Both the position numbers and the translations under genes were made by a program. Of a DNA stretch of 64,000 nt, positions 47,276 through 58,107 are shown piece after piece. Within the stretch, counting starts at the first letter, position 1, and the number at the start of each line of letters is the position of its first letter. This DNA is from an uncultured Bacilli bacterium (GTDB taxonomy: Bacteria; Bacillota_I; Bacilli_A; RF39; UBA660): assembly GCA_947626095.1 (NCBI GenBank), contig CANQQV010000006.1:1756-65755 (forward strand), in the 5' to 3' direction. The notes under the pieces were generated by a model that searched no databases, was not told where the DNA came from, and saw only the letters and a list, made by a program, of their open reading frames with translations.

Positions 47276-47298
47276 AAGGAAACACTTTACTTTTCACA

Positions 47299-47375
47299 TG
47301 GGGCGGTATGTGGGAATCGAACCCACGCGTGCCAGAGCCACAATCTGGTGTGTTAACCACTTCACCAACACCGCC
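47299..47375 (-). tRNA. tRNA-His (anticodon GTG) with encoded G-1 and CCA
   Basis: Rev-comp GGCGGTGTTGGTGAAGTGGTTAAC...TTGTGGC...GGTTCGATTCCC...CCGCCCCA. 77 nt. Confidence 0.95.
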
Positions 47376-47451
47376 ATGCGCATAAATAGAATAACAAATA
47401 ATTGAATAAAAAGCAAGTATATATTATAATTAAAAATAGGGAAGTGGATAT

Positions 47452-47676
47452 ATGAATGCTTTATATTTGTTTTTAGTTAAAGAAACTTTTTGGGATAGAG
47501 TAGAATATGAAATTAAAGATTTAGGTAAAATGTTTGTTGAGTTTTTTCAAATGATTAAAGAAGTTACCTATGATTTATTAGCTGGCTATGTAGGTGAAAC
47601 TGTCCTAAATATGTTTTTGATTGGTCTTGGGGCATTAGCTATTATGTTAATATGTCTTAAGATTATCAATAGATAA
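47452..47676 (+). CDS. hypothetical small membrane protein
   Basis: 74-aa ORF with a C-terminal TM helix. Confidence 0.4.
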   Translation: MNALYLFLVKETFWDRVEYEIKDLGKMFVEFFQMIKEVTYDLLAGYVGETVLNMFLIGLGALAIMLICLKIINR

Positions 47677-47701
47677 AGAGGAGTTAGGCTCCTCTTTTTT
47701 T
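47675..47701. terminator. bidirectional terminator
   Basis: AAAGAGGAG-TTAGG-CTCCTCTTT hairpin followed by a T-run. Confidence 0.8.
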
Positions 47702-49840
47702 GTCTAGTAATAGTTTGAAATCATCTTCATCAATACCAAAGTTGACAGTACGATATTCTTTTTTTGTGTCAACTGCTGTTAAGATTAAATGTGAACCAAT
47801 TCTTATTTTTACTTTTGATTTACGTCCTTTAAATGAAGCTGTGGCATCGTCGTAATAGAAATGATCGCCTTCTAAGTCTTCAACAAGAATTTTACCTTCA
47901 ATGCCATCAACTGTTTTAATATAAATACCACGACTATTAACATATGTAACGTTGGCTTCGAATTTTTCACCAATATGTTCAGACATATATCTAATCATTT
48001 CAAAATGGTTAGCATCTCTTTCGGCTTGATCAGCATTACGTTCTTTACGTGTTATATGACGACATACTTTTTCCATATCGTCATATGCTACATCAACCAG
48101 TTGAATGTTGAAACGATTATCTCGTTGTTGTTTTAAATTGTGATGAGCAAGAAGGTCGGCTGCTCTTCTAATAGGACTTGTAAAGTGACCATATTTAGGT
48201 AGAGCCAAACCAAAGTGTCCTTGATTTTGAACGTCGTATTTAGCTAATTTCATAGCTCTTAACATTATATTAGCAACGATGTTACGTTCATCAGCATTTT
48301 TAATTTGAGCTAGCATTTGTTGAATGACTTTACCATTTACAATGTCGTGTGATGATTTGACTTTAATACCACTACGACCAATTAAATTAAAGGCTTCTTC
48401 AACATCTTCTTCATCTGGTTTTTCATGAATACGTAGTGGAGAAGGTAAGATCATGTAGTTAGCATAACATTCGCCAGCTAGTAACATGAAGTTTTCAATA
48501 ATTTTTTCAGCAGTTCTTTGAATACGTTGTTTAAATTCAACAGGCATACCGTTTTCATCAACTTCGATTTCGATATCGTTGTTACCAAAATCAACATAAC
48601 CACGATTTCTTTTGGCTTTTTCTAATTTATTTGAAAGGCCTTGCATTAGAGTAAGATTGTCATAAAATTCTTCATAACCTTCAACTAGTTCGCCTTCTTC
48701 TAAAACTTTATTAACTTCTTCATAAGTCATGGCGCGACGAGAATTAATGACAGTATCAACAAAATCATAATTTATTATTTTACCTTCAGGTGTAAGTTCC
48801 ATAATACAGCTTAAGCATAGACGGTCAACGTTAGGATTTAATGAGCAAATTCCGTTTGAGATGATATGGGGAAATTGCGGAATAACAGTATTGACCATGT
48901 AAACACTAGTACCTCTTTGAATTGCTTCATCCCATAGTTGCATACCAGGATGAATGTAATGTGTTACATCAGAAATATGAACTCCTAAGACATAGTTACC
49001 TTTTTCATTTATTTCTAAACTAACGGCATCATCACGATCTTTAGTTTTTTCACCATCAATAGTAAATACTAGTTTATCAGTTAAGTCTAAACGATCTTCT
49101 TTGTCTTTGTATCTAACTTCTTTTGGTAAAGCTTGAGCTTCTTCTAAAGCTTGTTCAGTAAAATCAATCGTAATATGATTTTCAACAGCAATCATCTTTA
49201 AATCAGCATCCGGATCATCTTTATGACCTAAGCCTTTAATAAAGCCAGCATAATATTTACCATTTGATAATTTATCAATTTTAACAAGTAAGCGATCACC
49301 TTCAACTAATGGTTTCATAGCAATACCATTAATAATAATTGGGTGGTCAATTTTAGCATTGTATGGTTTTAAAATCATTTCACCATCTTTAGTAGCTACT
49401 TCAACAATGACTAAACCATCTTTTCTTTTAATTATTTTATCTACACGACAAACAATATGACCATGATCCATTTTATTGGTTGGCCTTAATATTACAGTGT
49501 CACCATCTAAGGCATCATGTAAATCATTAGGTCTTACTTTATATTTGCCATAATCATCAGTTATAAAGCCTTCACCATGTTTGTTAATATTTATTTCGCC
49601 CTGTACATAACCTAATTCACTTGGGAATGTGCGATACAATTTTTTTCTTTCATCAAAGTAAACGTCGCCACTAACAATTAGTTCTTCTAGAACTTCCATT
49701 AACATGTCGTTTTTGTAGCCTTTTCTAGCACACATTTCTTTTTTGATATCACGATAGCGATATTTTTTTGTTCTGTATTTAGGATTGTTGAAAAATTCCA
49801 GCAATTCGTTTTTTAATTTTATTCTTTTTTCATCCATCAT
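47684..49840 (-). CDS. rnr: ribonuclease R
   Basis: RNB catalytic domain (DGEKTKDRDDAVS), cold-shock-like N-domains, C-terminal S1 domain. Confidence 0.9.
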   Translation of the reverse strand: MMDEKRIKLKNELLEFFNNPKYRTKKYRYRDIKKEMCARKGYKNDMLMEVLEELIVSGDVYFDERKKLYRTFPSELGYVQGEININKHGEGFITDDYGKYKVRPNDLHDALDGDTVILRPTNKMDHGHIVCRVDKIIKRKDGLVIVEVATKDGEMILKPYNAKIDHPIIINGIAMKPLVEGDRLLVKIDKLSNGKYYAGFIKGLGHKDDPDADLKMIAVENHITIDFTEQALEEAQALPKEVRYKDKEDRLDLTDKLVFTIDGEKTKDRDDAVSLEINEKGNYVLGVHISDVTHYIHPGMQLWDEAIQRGTSVYMVNTVIPQFPHIISNGICSLNPNVDRLCLSCIMELTPEGKIINYDFVDTVINSRRAMTYEEVNKVLEEGELVEGYEEFYDNLTLMQGLSNKLEKAKRNRGYVDFGNNDIEIEVDENGMPVEFKQRIQRTAEKIIENFMLLAGECYANYMILPSPLRIHEKPDEEDVEEAFNLIGRSGIKVKSSHDIVNGKVIQQMLAQIKNADERNIVANIMLRAMKLAKYDVQNQGHFGLALPKYGHFTSPIRRAADLLAHHNLKQQRDNRFNIQLVDVAYDDMEKVCRHITRKERNADQAERDANHFEMIRYMSEHIGEKFEANVTYVNSRGIYIKTVDGIEGKILVEDLEGDHFYYDDATASFKGRKSKVKIRIGSHLILTAVDTKKEYRTVNFGIDEDDFKLLLDKKRGA

Positions 49841-49975
49841 CTCAAACCCTCCAATTTAATTATTAACACATATATAAGATAATGTAAATAAAATTACCTA
49901 TATAAATTATTTATAATACTATAAGTAATTTAATATAAATAATTAAATTATGTTAAAATTAAAGAGGTGATAAGT

Positions 49976-52354
49976 ATGTTTAATGATAAACAAATTGTTA
50001 TAACTAATGCAACTAATAAAATAAATTTATTAAAAAGTTTTAATGAAGAATTACTTAATATAAAAGTTTATACTTTAAGTGAATTTAATAAATTATTTTA
50101 TTTTGATTATGATGTTAAAACTTTGAATTATGTCATGACGAAATATCATGTTAAATATGAAATAGCTAAAATATATTTAGATAATATTTTGTATGTTGAA
50201 GATAAAAGTTATAATAGTTTAAAATTAAATTTCTTATCAGGTTTAAAAAAAGAGTTAATGGATAATAATTTGTTAATTGTTAATAAGTTATTTAGAAGTA
50301 GTATTTGTAATAAAAGAATTGCTGTATGTAATTTAACTAAAACTAAAGAATTGGATAAATTAATTAAAGAGTTAGAAGTAAATAATGAAGTAAGTATATA
50401 TAATCCTGAAGGACATAAATATATACATGAAATAAGAGAGTTAGAGACAATCGATAAAGAAGTAGAATATGTAGCTAATCAAATATGTGATTTAGTAAAA
50501 AAGGGAATAGATATCAAGCATATTTTTATAACTAATTTAGATAATGAATATCGTAAGTTAATAAGAAGAATTTTTCCGATGTTTAATATACCTTATGTCG
50601 TATGTGATAATGAAACGATATATGGAACTTTTTTGTGTTCGAAGTTTTTAGAATTATATAGTGATGATCTTAAAGAGACGATAGAAAAATTAAAAGAATA
50701 TGTTGTAAATAGTGATACAGAAAATATTTATAATACGATTATTAAGATTATAAATAAGTATGTAGAAGTGGATAATGAAATAAGCAAAAAAGAAATGATT
50801 GTTTATGATTTAAAACATTCTAGTTTAATAAAAGAAGAAATAGTTGAGGCAGTATTAGAAGTTGATTTAAATGATTATTTATTTAGTGATGATGACTATG
50901 TTTTTTGTTTAGCATTTAATCAAGGAGTTATACCAAAGATATATAAAGATGAAAGATATTTAACAGATAAAGAAAGAAAAGAATTAGGTATATCTTTAAC
51001 GGTTGATAGTAATAAACAAGAAGTAGAAGAAATTGTTAAGACATTAGCAAATATTAAGAATTTGTTTATTAGTTATAAATTAAATAGTGATGGGGAAGAT
51101 TATGTAATTTCTAGTTTAAATGAAAGACTAAATTATGAAGTTATAAAAAATGATGAGATAGAATTAAATAATTCTAATTTATATAATGAATTAAAGTTAG
51201 CAATGTGTTTAGATGAATATTACAAGTATGGTACTACTTCTAAGTTACTCACAACTTTAAATAGTTCTTATGAAATACCATATAATACGTATAGTAATGA
51301 GTTTAAAGAAATAGATAATGATAGTTTTAAAAAATATATTAATAATAAAATAACTTTATCTTATAGTAGTTTAGATAAGTATTATAGATGTCCTTTTAGT
51401 TATTATGTTGGTAATATACTAAAATTAAATATTTATGAAGAAACTTTCTTTCAATTAGTAGGTACTTTATTTCATAGTATTCTAGAAAAGAATCTTAATA
51501 GTAATTTAAGTTATGATGAATTATGGGAACAGGAAGTAAATAATTTAAATCATGAATTTAATAGTAAAGAAAAATTTTTCTTAGTTAAGTTAAAAGAAGA
51601 ATTAAAGTTTATTTTAGAAGTTATTAAAAATCAAGAAAACTATACTAATTTACATGATGAATTACATGAAGAAAGAATAGTAACTAATATTGCTGGGAAT
51701 ATCGAAGTTAAGTTTACAGGAATTATCGATAAAATTAAGTATGAGAAAAAAGATAATGAAACGATTGTGGCAATTATTGATTATAAGACAGGTAATCCTA
51801 ATTTAGATTTAACAACTATTCCTTATGGGATTGGGATGCAATTACCAGTTTATCTTTATTTGGCCAAACAATCTAAGAAATTAGAAAATATTAAAGTAGC
51901 AGGATTCTATTTACAAAAGATATTAAATAATGAAGTTGCTGTGGATAAGTCTAAGAGTTATGAACAGTTAAAGAAGCATAATTTGTTATTACAAGGATTT
52001 TCTAATGAAAGACAAGATATTTTAAGTGAGTTTGATAAGACGTTTGAAGATAGTAATATGATAAAAAGTATGAAGGTCTTAAAAGATGGTTCTTTTGCCA
52101 GATATACTAAAGTATTATCAGATGAACAAATGAATAAGTTAATAGATATAACTGAAGATAAGATTAATAAGGGGGCTTTAGAAATTGAAAAGGGAAACTT
52201 TGTTATTGCACCGAAGAAGATAGATAAAGAAAATTATGGTTGTAAGTATTGTGAATATAAAGATATATGTTTTCATACGGAAAAAGACATGGTGGAATTA
52301 ATTCCTTTACAAATAGAAGATGTAATAGGAGGTGAAGATAATGAATTGGACTAA
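49976..52354 (+). CDS. addB: helicase-nuclease subunit B (AddB/RexB), short form
   Basis: C-terminal PD-(D/E)xK nuclease (GIIDKI...IIDYKTG) and four Cys (RCPF...CKYCEYKDIC) as in Fe-S AddB. ATG at 49976 after AAGAGG. Gene order is addB-addA. Confidence 0.8.
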   Translation: MFNDKQIVITNATNKINLLKSFNEELLNIKVYTLSEFNKLFYFDYDVKTLNYVMTKYHVKYEIAKIYLDNILYVEDKSYNSLKLNFLSGLKKELMDNNLLIVNKLFRSSICNKRIAVCNLTKTKELDKLIKELEVNNEVSIYNPEGHKYIHEIRELETIDKEVEYVANQICDLVKKGIDIKHIFITNLDNEYRKLIRRIFPMFNIPYVVCDNETIYGTFLCSKFLELYSDDLKETIEKLKEYVVNSDTENIYNTIIKIINKYVEVDNEISKKEMIVYDLKHSSLIKEEIVEAVLEVDLNDYLFSDDDYVFCLAFNQGVIPKIYKDERYLTDKERKELGISLTVDSNKQEVEEIVKTLANIKNLFISYKLNSDGEDYVISSLNERLNYEVIKNDEIELNNSNLYNELKLAMCLDEYYKYGTTSKLLTTLNSSYEIPYNTYSNEFKEIDNDSFKKYINNKITLSYSSLDKYYRCPFSYYVGNILKLNIYEETFFQLVGTLFHSILEKNLNSNLSYDELWEQEVNNLNHEFNSKEKFFLVKLKEELKFILEVIKNQENYTNLHDELHEERIVTNIAGNIEVKFTGIIDKIKYEKKDNETIVAIIDYKTGNPNLDLTTIPYGIGMQLPVYLYLAKQSKKLENIKVAGFYLQKILNNEVAVDKSKSYEQLKKHNLLLQGFSNERQDILSEFDKTFEDSNMIKSMKVLKDGSFARYTKVLSDEQMNKLIDITEDKINKGALEIEKGNFVIAPKKIDKENYGCKYCEYKDICFHTEKDMVELIPLQIEDVIGGEDNELD

Positions 52355-55300
52355 TGAACAATTAGAAGCGATTAATAAGTCAGGAACCAATATTATTGTT
52401 TCAGCGGGAGCTGGTAGTGGTAAGACAGCAGTATTAACAGCTAGAGTTATGCGTATTTTAAAAGAAGGTACACATATTGATGAATTATTAATTTTAACCT
52501 TTACTAAAGCTGCAGCTAAAGAAATGAAAGAACGTATTAGAAAAAAAATTAAAGGTGATGAAACGTTAAAACCAGAATTAGATTTAATTGATCAGGCGTA
52601 TATTACAACCTTTGATTCTTATGCGTTATCAGTTGTTAAAAAATATCATTATCTTCTTAATATATCTAATGATATTAAGATATCTGATGCTTCTATTATT
52701 AATATGCAAAAAGTTAAATTAATGGATCAAGTCTTTGATAAATATTATGAACAACCAACGAAAGAATTTACGAAATTAATTTATGATTTTTGTACAAAAG
52801 ATGATGCTAGTTTAAAAAATTGTTTATTAAATATTGCAACGAAAATAGATGGTTTAACAAATAGAGATGAGTATATAGCTGATTACTTTAATAATTATTA
52901 TAGTGATAGTTTTATAAGTAAAATTTTAGATGAGTATGTTAGTTATTTAAAAGATAATGTGAAGATAATTAAATCATTAGCTAAGAGATTAGCGTTTGTA
53001 ACTGATGGTGATTATGTTACGAAGTTAGATGAAGCACTAAGTGAATTAGATAATTGTGAGACCATTGATGACTTTTATTTAAAAGTTCCTTTAATTAAGT
53101 TACCAATGTTACCTAGAGGTAGTGAAGAAGAAGTTAAAGCGTTAAAAGAGAGCTTAAGCTTAGCTTTAACAGAGTTTAAAAAGATAATTACGGAATATGG
53201 TAGAGAAGAAGATATTTATCAAACGTTAGATATTATGAAAGATTATTTAGTCATAATATTAGATATCGTAAAAGACTTTTTAGAGTCTTTACATCAATAT
53301 AAACAAGATAATGAAATATATGATTTTCAAGATATTGCCATGTTATCAATTAAAATATTAGAAGAACATTCAGAAGTACGAGAAGAGATAAGAGATTCGT
53401 TTAAAGAGATAATGATAGATGAGTATCAAGATACTAATGATATACAAGAAAAGTTTATTTCGTTAATAATGAATAATAATGTTTATATGGTAGGAGATAT
53501 TAAACAAAGTATTTATCGTTTTAGAAATGCTAATCCGCAGATATTTAAAAATAAATATGATAAGTATGCAAAGAATGATAATGGTATAAAGATTGACTTA
53601 GTACAAAATTTTAGATCAAGAAATGAAGTATTAGATAATATTAATGAAGTCTTTAAACTTATTATGGATAATGTGATTGGGGGAGCTGAATATCACGAAT
53701 CACATCAAATGGTATTTGGAAATAAAGATTATATTAATAAAGGTAATACGGGATATGAATATAATTTCGAAATAAGAGAGTATGATAATCCAAAAGGAAA
53801 TAAATATAGTAATAATGAAATAGAGATATTTGCAATAGCTCAAGATATAAAAGAAAAAGTAAATAGTAGATATCAAGTATTTGATAAAGACTTAGGAGCT
53901 TTAAGAGATATTAAGTATAGTGACTTTGTAATATTAATGGATCGTAGTACTAGTTTTGATTTATATAAAAAAGTATTTGAGTATTTAGGAATACCATTAA
54001 GTATATATAAAGATAGTAAGTTAAATGATTCTGATGATATCTTTATTTTAAAAAATATTATTAATTTAATAGTTAAGATAGCTAATAATGAGTTAGATCA
54101 AGAATTTAAGTATGCTTATACATCAATTGCTCGTAGTTATTTATTTGAAATAGATGATAATGAGATATTTAAGACTTTTATGAATGATAGCTTTAAAGAT
54201 AGTGTTATTTATAATACTTTTAAGGATTTAGCTAATAGTTTAAGTAGTGAAACAGTCACTTCATTATTAAATAAGATTATTGAAGTAACTAAGATGTATG
54301 AAAAGTTTATTAAAGTAGGAAACGTAGAAGAAGCATTAGTACGTATTTCTAAGTTATTAGATATAGCTGATAATTTAGGTTCTTTAGGATATAATGTTTT
54401 TACTTTTAGAGATTATTTAAATGAATTATTAGATAGTGAAGAAGAAATGAAGTATAAGACAAGTAGAAGTGATAGTAATTCAGTTAAGATAATGACGATT
54501 CATACTTCGAAAGGCTTAGAATATAATATTTGTTATTATAGTGGTTTAAGTAAAGAATTTAATATTAGAGATTTAAATGAACGTTTTATGTATGATAATA
54601 GATATGGTATTATAACTCCTTATTTTAATGAAGGTATTGGAGAGTCTTTTATTAAGAGATTAGTAAAATACCATTATTTAGAAGATGAAATATCTGAAAG
54701 AATAAGACTATTTTATGTTGCTTTAACAAGAGCGAGAGAAAAGATGATATTATTTACACCAAAGAAAGATGAAGTAGTTAATGATTTAGAAAAAAATAAA
54801 ACAATTGATTTAAATGTAAGACGAAGATATAAATCATTTAGTAAGATTTTAGATTCAGTTAAATATAAAATAAATAAGTATTATAAAGAGATAGATATTG
54901 ATAGTTTAAACTTAACAAAAGATTATTTATATAATGTTTCAGCGTTAGATAAGTTAATTAGTAATGAAGAAAAGATTAAGGTTGAAGAGATAGAAGTAAT
55001 TAGTAATAAGGTATTAAAACAAGAACATTTTTCAAAGAACTTACATGAATTAATTGATTTAGAAACAAAAAAGAATATGGAATTTGGAACATTAGTTCAT
55101 GAAACGTTAGAATATATTGATTTTGTAAAACCTAATTATGAATTAATTGAAAATCATTTTATTAGAAATAAAGTAGAGAAGTTCTTAAGTAATCCATTAC
55201 TATTACAGAGAGATAAAGCGAAAATATATAAAGAACATGAATTTATTTATAGTGATGAAATTAGTGAGTATCATGGTATAATAGATTTAATGTTAGAATA

Positions 55301-55463
55301 TGATGATAAAATAGATATTATAGATTATAAATTAAATAATATTAAAGATGATAATTATTTAAAACAATTAGAAGGATATAGAACATATATAAGAAAGATA
55401 AGTAATAAAGAAGTAAATATTTATTTATATAGTATAATTAGTGAAACATTAGAAAAATTATAA
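52341..55463 (+). CDS. addA: ATP-dependent helicase/nuclease subunit A
   Basis: UvrD-type motifs (AGAGSGKT, DEYQDTN, QNFRS, TIHTSKGLE, YVALTRA) and a C-terminal nuclease (GIIDL...IIDYK). Confidence 0.9.
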   Translation: MNWTNEQLEAINKSGTNIIVSAGAGSGKTAVLTARVMRILKEGTHIDELLILTFTKAAAKEMKERIRKKIKGDETLKPELDLIDQAYITTFDSYALSVVKKYHYLLNISNDIKISDASIINMQKVKLMDQVFDKYYEQPTKEFTKLIYDFCTKDDASLKNCLLNIATKIDGLTNRDEYIADYFNNYYSDSFISKILDEYVSYLKDNVKIIKSLAKRLAFVTDGDYVTKLDEALSELDNCETIDDFYLKVPLIKLPMLPRGSEEEVKALKESLSLALTEFKKIITEYGREEDIYQTLDIMKDYLVIILDIVKDFLESLHQYKQDNEIYDFQDIAMLSIKILEEHSEVREEIRDSFKEIMIDEYQDTNDIQEKFISLIMNNNVYMVGDIKQSIYRFRNANPQIFKNKYDKYAKNDNGIKIDLVQNFRSRNEVLDNINEVFKLIMDNVIGGAEYHESHQMVFGNKDYINKGNTGYEYNFEIREYDNPKGNKYSNNEIEIFAIAQDIKEKVNSRYQVFDKDLGALRDIKYSDFVILMDRSTSFDLYKKVFEYLGIPLSIYKDSKLNDSDDIFILKNIINLIVKIANNELDQEFKYAYTSIARSYLFEIDDNEIFKTFMNDSFKDSVIYNTFKDLANSLSSETVTSLLNKIIEVTKMYEKFIKVGNVEEALVRISKLLDIADNLGSLGYNVFTFRDYLNELLDSEEEMKYKTSRSDSNSVKIMTIHTSKGLEYNICYYSGLSKEFNIRDLNERFMYDNRYGIITPYFNEGIGESFIKRLVKYHYLEDEISERIRLFYVALTRAREKMILFTPKKDEVVNDLEKNKTIDLNVRRRYKSFSKILDSVKYKINKYYKEIDIDSLNLTKDYLYNVSALDKLISNEEKIKVEEIEVISNKVLKQEHFSKNLHELIDLETKKNMEFGTLVHETLEYIDFVKPNYELIENHFIRNKVEKFLSNPLLLQRDKAKIYKEHEFIYSDEISEYHGIIDLMLEYDDKIDIIDYKLNNIKDDNYLKQLEGYRTYIRKISNKEVNIYLYSIISETLEKL

Positions 55464-55478
55464 AAAGGTGGAAAAAAG

Positions 55479-57122
55479 ATGATAGAAAGTAAGAAAGTAA
55501 AAAAGCAAATATTGGTAATGATTGATGCTTTAATCGACATCATTAATAAGCCGTCTTTAGTTGTGAGTAAAAGTCCTTATTTTTATCATCATAAATTTAA
55601 ATGTAATTTTATTATTCATATGTATATCTTTAAATTATTAATTAATAATAAAGAATACTTAGAAACGAAATATAATGAGTATATTTCTAAATATCCAAAG
55701 AAAGTATATTATAGTATTACTAATATAACTAATATTGAGTATGTTAAAGAGTTAGATTTACTTTATCAAATAAAAGATAAGGTAACTTTAGATAGTTATC
55801 AAGTTAATTTAGAGGAAGAAAGAATATATTTTAAAGATAAGACATATGTAGATTATAAGTGGTTCTTAGCTTTTCTTTCAATGTTATTAGATAATAGTAA
55901 AAATGATGAATATAAAGAAATAAATATTTGTTATACAATAGCGAATAAAGATATAGGAAAAGTTAAAGATAAGAAAGATCTTAATAAATTCTTAGAAAAT
56001 TTTATCTATTATAAAGTAAAGATAAAGCATGTTAATCAAAATAAAGTAGTTAAAGAAAATGATATTTTAATTGTTAAAAATACAGCAATTAATTATTTAA
56101 AACATTTAAAACAATATAAACATGGGCTAGAAAGTGAAGAATCATATTTAATTTTCTATAACCTATTAAAGAAAGAATGTCATAAAGAGGGATTTATATT
56201 AGCAGAAGAAGAAATGAATCTTTTAGATATTCCTTATAGTGAGTTAAATAAGATAAAAGAATTAATTGATAATAGTTTTTATAATAATTCTTTAAATAAA
56301 CAAGTTCATGTAATTGAAAGTGCGGTATGGCAGTTAAGTAATGATATTTCTTTATTGGAACATATGAACTCAGCTATTGATAGTTTAGTTGATTTATTAA
56401 CAATAATAAGAATAGAAAACTATAAAACGTATGAAATGATAAGAAAAGAATATGGTTTAGATGATATAAGAATATTACTTATTTTGATTGTTAATAAAAA
56501 TTTACTTACTTATTTAAATGAAGATAGTATTGATTATAGTTTGCTAGATTTAAATAATGTTAAACCTAAATATATGAATAATATATGTGAAACTAATGAG
56601 GCATTAATTAAAGAACGTTTAAAAAGTTTAAATATGGAATTACAATCAGTTAAAAGAGATTTAGATGTTTATAAGAAAGAACGTAATGATTTAAATAAAA
56701 AAGAATTAGATAAGGATAAATATCAAAAAGAACTAGAATTATGTGTTGGTAAGATAAATAGAGCGAGTATTGTAATAGGTAAATTAAATTCAATGATATC
56801 TTCATTATCGAAAGAATATGAAGAAGAAAGAAAAAAAGTAATTAATAAGTATCATAGTTTAGATATGTATAATACTAATTATTCAATTATTAAACATATT
56901 TATAATGCAATAATGGCATGTAGTTATTATATAAAGACTAATAATGCTAATATTTTAAATAATATAATTGTTTTTGAAGATTATGAGAAAACAGAAAATT
57001 CATTTTATTTAGAGATAACCTTAAGAGAGTTACTAAAAATTAGTAATCAAAATGTTTTAAATGGAATTAAAGAACAAGAGTTATTACCTAAGTTAGCACA
57101 GGAGGTAGGAGATGAAAGTTAA
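55479..57122 (+). CDS. hypothetical coiled-coil protein (distant paralogue of 61301-62833)
   Basis: 547-aa ORF immediately after addA. AGGTGG SD. Confidence 0.6.
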   Translation: MIESKKVKKQILVMIDALIDIINKPSLVVSKSPYFYHHKFKCNFIIHMYIFKLLINNKEYLETKYNEYISKYPKKVYYSITNITNIEYVKELDLLYQIKDKVTLDSYQVNLEEERIYFKDKTYVDYKWFLAFLSMLLDNSKNDEYKEINICYTIANKDIGKVKDKKDLNKFLENFIYYKVKIKHVNQNKVVKENDILIVKNTAINYLKHLKQYKHGLESEESYLIFYNLLKKECHKEGFILAEEEMNLLDIPYSELNKIKELIDNSFYNNSLNKQVHVIESAVWQLSNDISLLEHMNSAIDSLVDLLTIIRIENYKTYEMIRKEYGLDDIRILLILIVNKNLLTYLNEDSIDYSLLDLNNVKPKYMNNICETNEALIKERLKSLNMELQSVKRDLDVYKKERNDLNKKELDKDKYQKELELCVGKINRASIVIGKLNSMISSLSKEYEEERKKVINKYHSLDMYNTNYSIIKHIYNAIMACSYYIKTNNANILNNIIVFEDYEKTENSFYLEITLRELLKISNQNVLNGIKEQELLPKLAQEVGDES

Positions 57123-57558
57123 AAAATATATCTTACCGGTTGTAAATATTTTAATATCAGTATTGGGGATTATTTCATTGTTTGTGTTTAAGATGAGTGA
57201 ATATGTTGTTTATATTATGATGATGACGGCGATGATTGGATGGATAATAACTTATCTGGTTCCTTTTATTACAGGAATTGCTTTATTAAATAAATCACAT
57301 TATAAAAGGGCTTTAGTTTTAAATGTTGCTAGTTTGATAATGGGAATTTTTATAATTGTGATGATTGCGATTTTATATGATAAACATTTTTTATTTATGT
57401 TAGTAGCTTATATTGTTATAGTAGTAATTAATATTGTTAATATAATATATATTAGTAGAATTCTAAAAAAAGATTATGATAAAAATAAAAGTAAGAGAAA
57501 GAAAGAAAAAGATAAATTAAAAAAGATGAAGGAAGAGAATAATGGTGCAATCTTATAA
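57112..57558 (+). CDS. hypothetical membrane protein
   Basis: Four hydrophobic helices and a K-rich tail. Overlaps the upstream stop. Confidence 0.55.
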   Translation: MKVKKYILPVVNILISVLGIISLFVFKMSEYVVYIMMMTAMIGWIITYLVPFITGIALLNKSHYKRALVLNVASLIMGIFIIVMIAILYDKHFLFMLVAYIVIVVINIVNIIYISRILKKDYDKNKSKRKKEKDKLKKMKEENNGAIL

Positions 57559-58081
57559 AAAGAAAACAAAAGTAAAAGAAGCTAAGGTAGATAAAGAAAA
57601 AGTAAAATTAAAAGATGCGTTAAAAAAACATAAGAGTATTTTGATAATTATAGTAATCGTAATTATCTTAATGTCTGGTAGTGGAATTGGTATATGGTTT
57701 AAAGAATATAATGAACCAGTAAATAGATTAAAGAGATATTTAGTTAATAATAAATATGATTGTGGTAATAGTACATGTCGTAAAGAGAAAGATAATATAA
57801 CATATACAATTAGTTTTAAAAATGATAGTTACCAAGTGTCAAATGATGTTTATACTTTGAATATATCACGTAAAACACCATATATTGTTCTTAAAGGAAG
57901 TACTAAAACTTGTGCTTATGAAAAAGAAGATTATGAACCTTTAGAACTGATTGATGATGAATTTACTTATGATAAAGATTGTGCCAGATACATTGATGAT
58001 ATTAATGAGAGTATAAAGAAATATCATAGTATTTTAAATAATGCTAAAGTAGATATAGATGATTTAGTAAGTAAAAAATAA
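57542..58081 (+). CDS. hypothetical membrane-anchored protein
   Basis: K-rich N-terminus, one TM, Cys-containing ectodomain. Confidence 0.55.
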   Translation: MVQSYKKKTKVKEAKVDKEKVKLKDALKKHKSILIIIVIVIILMSGSGIGIWFKEYNEPVNRLKRYLVNNKYDCGNSTCRKEKDNITYTISFKNDSYQVSNDVYTLNISRKTPYIVLKGSTKTCAYEKEDYEPLELIDDEFTYDKDCARYIDDINESIKKYHSILNNAKVDIDDLVSKK

Positions 58082-58105
58082 TGGAGATGTTTTCTCCATT
58101 ATTTT
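58077..58105. terminator. bidirectional terminator
   Basis: 11-bp stem AATAATGGAGA/TCTCCATTATT. Confidence 0.8.
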
Positions 58106-58107
58106 GT

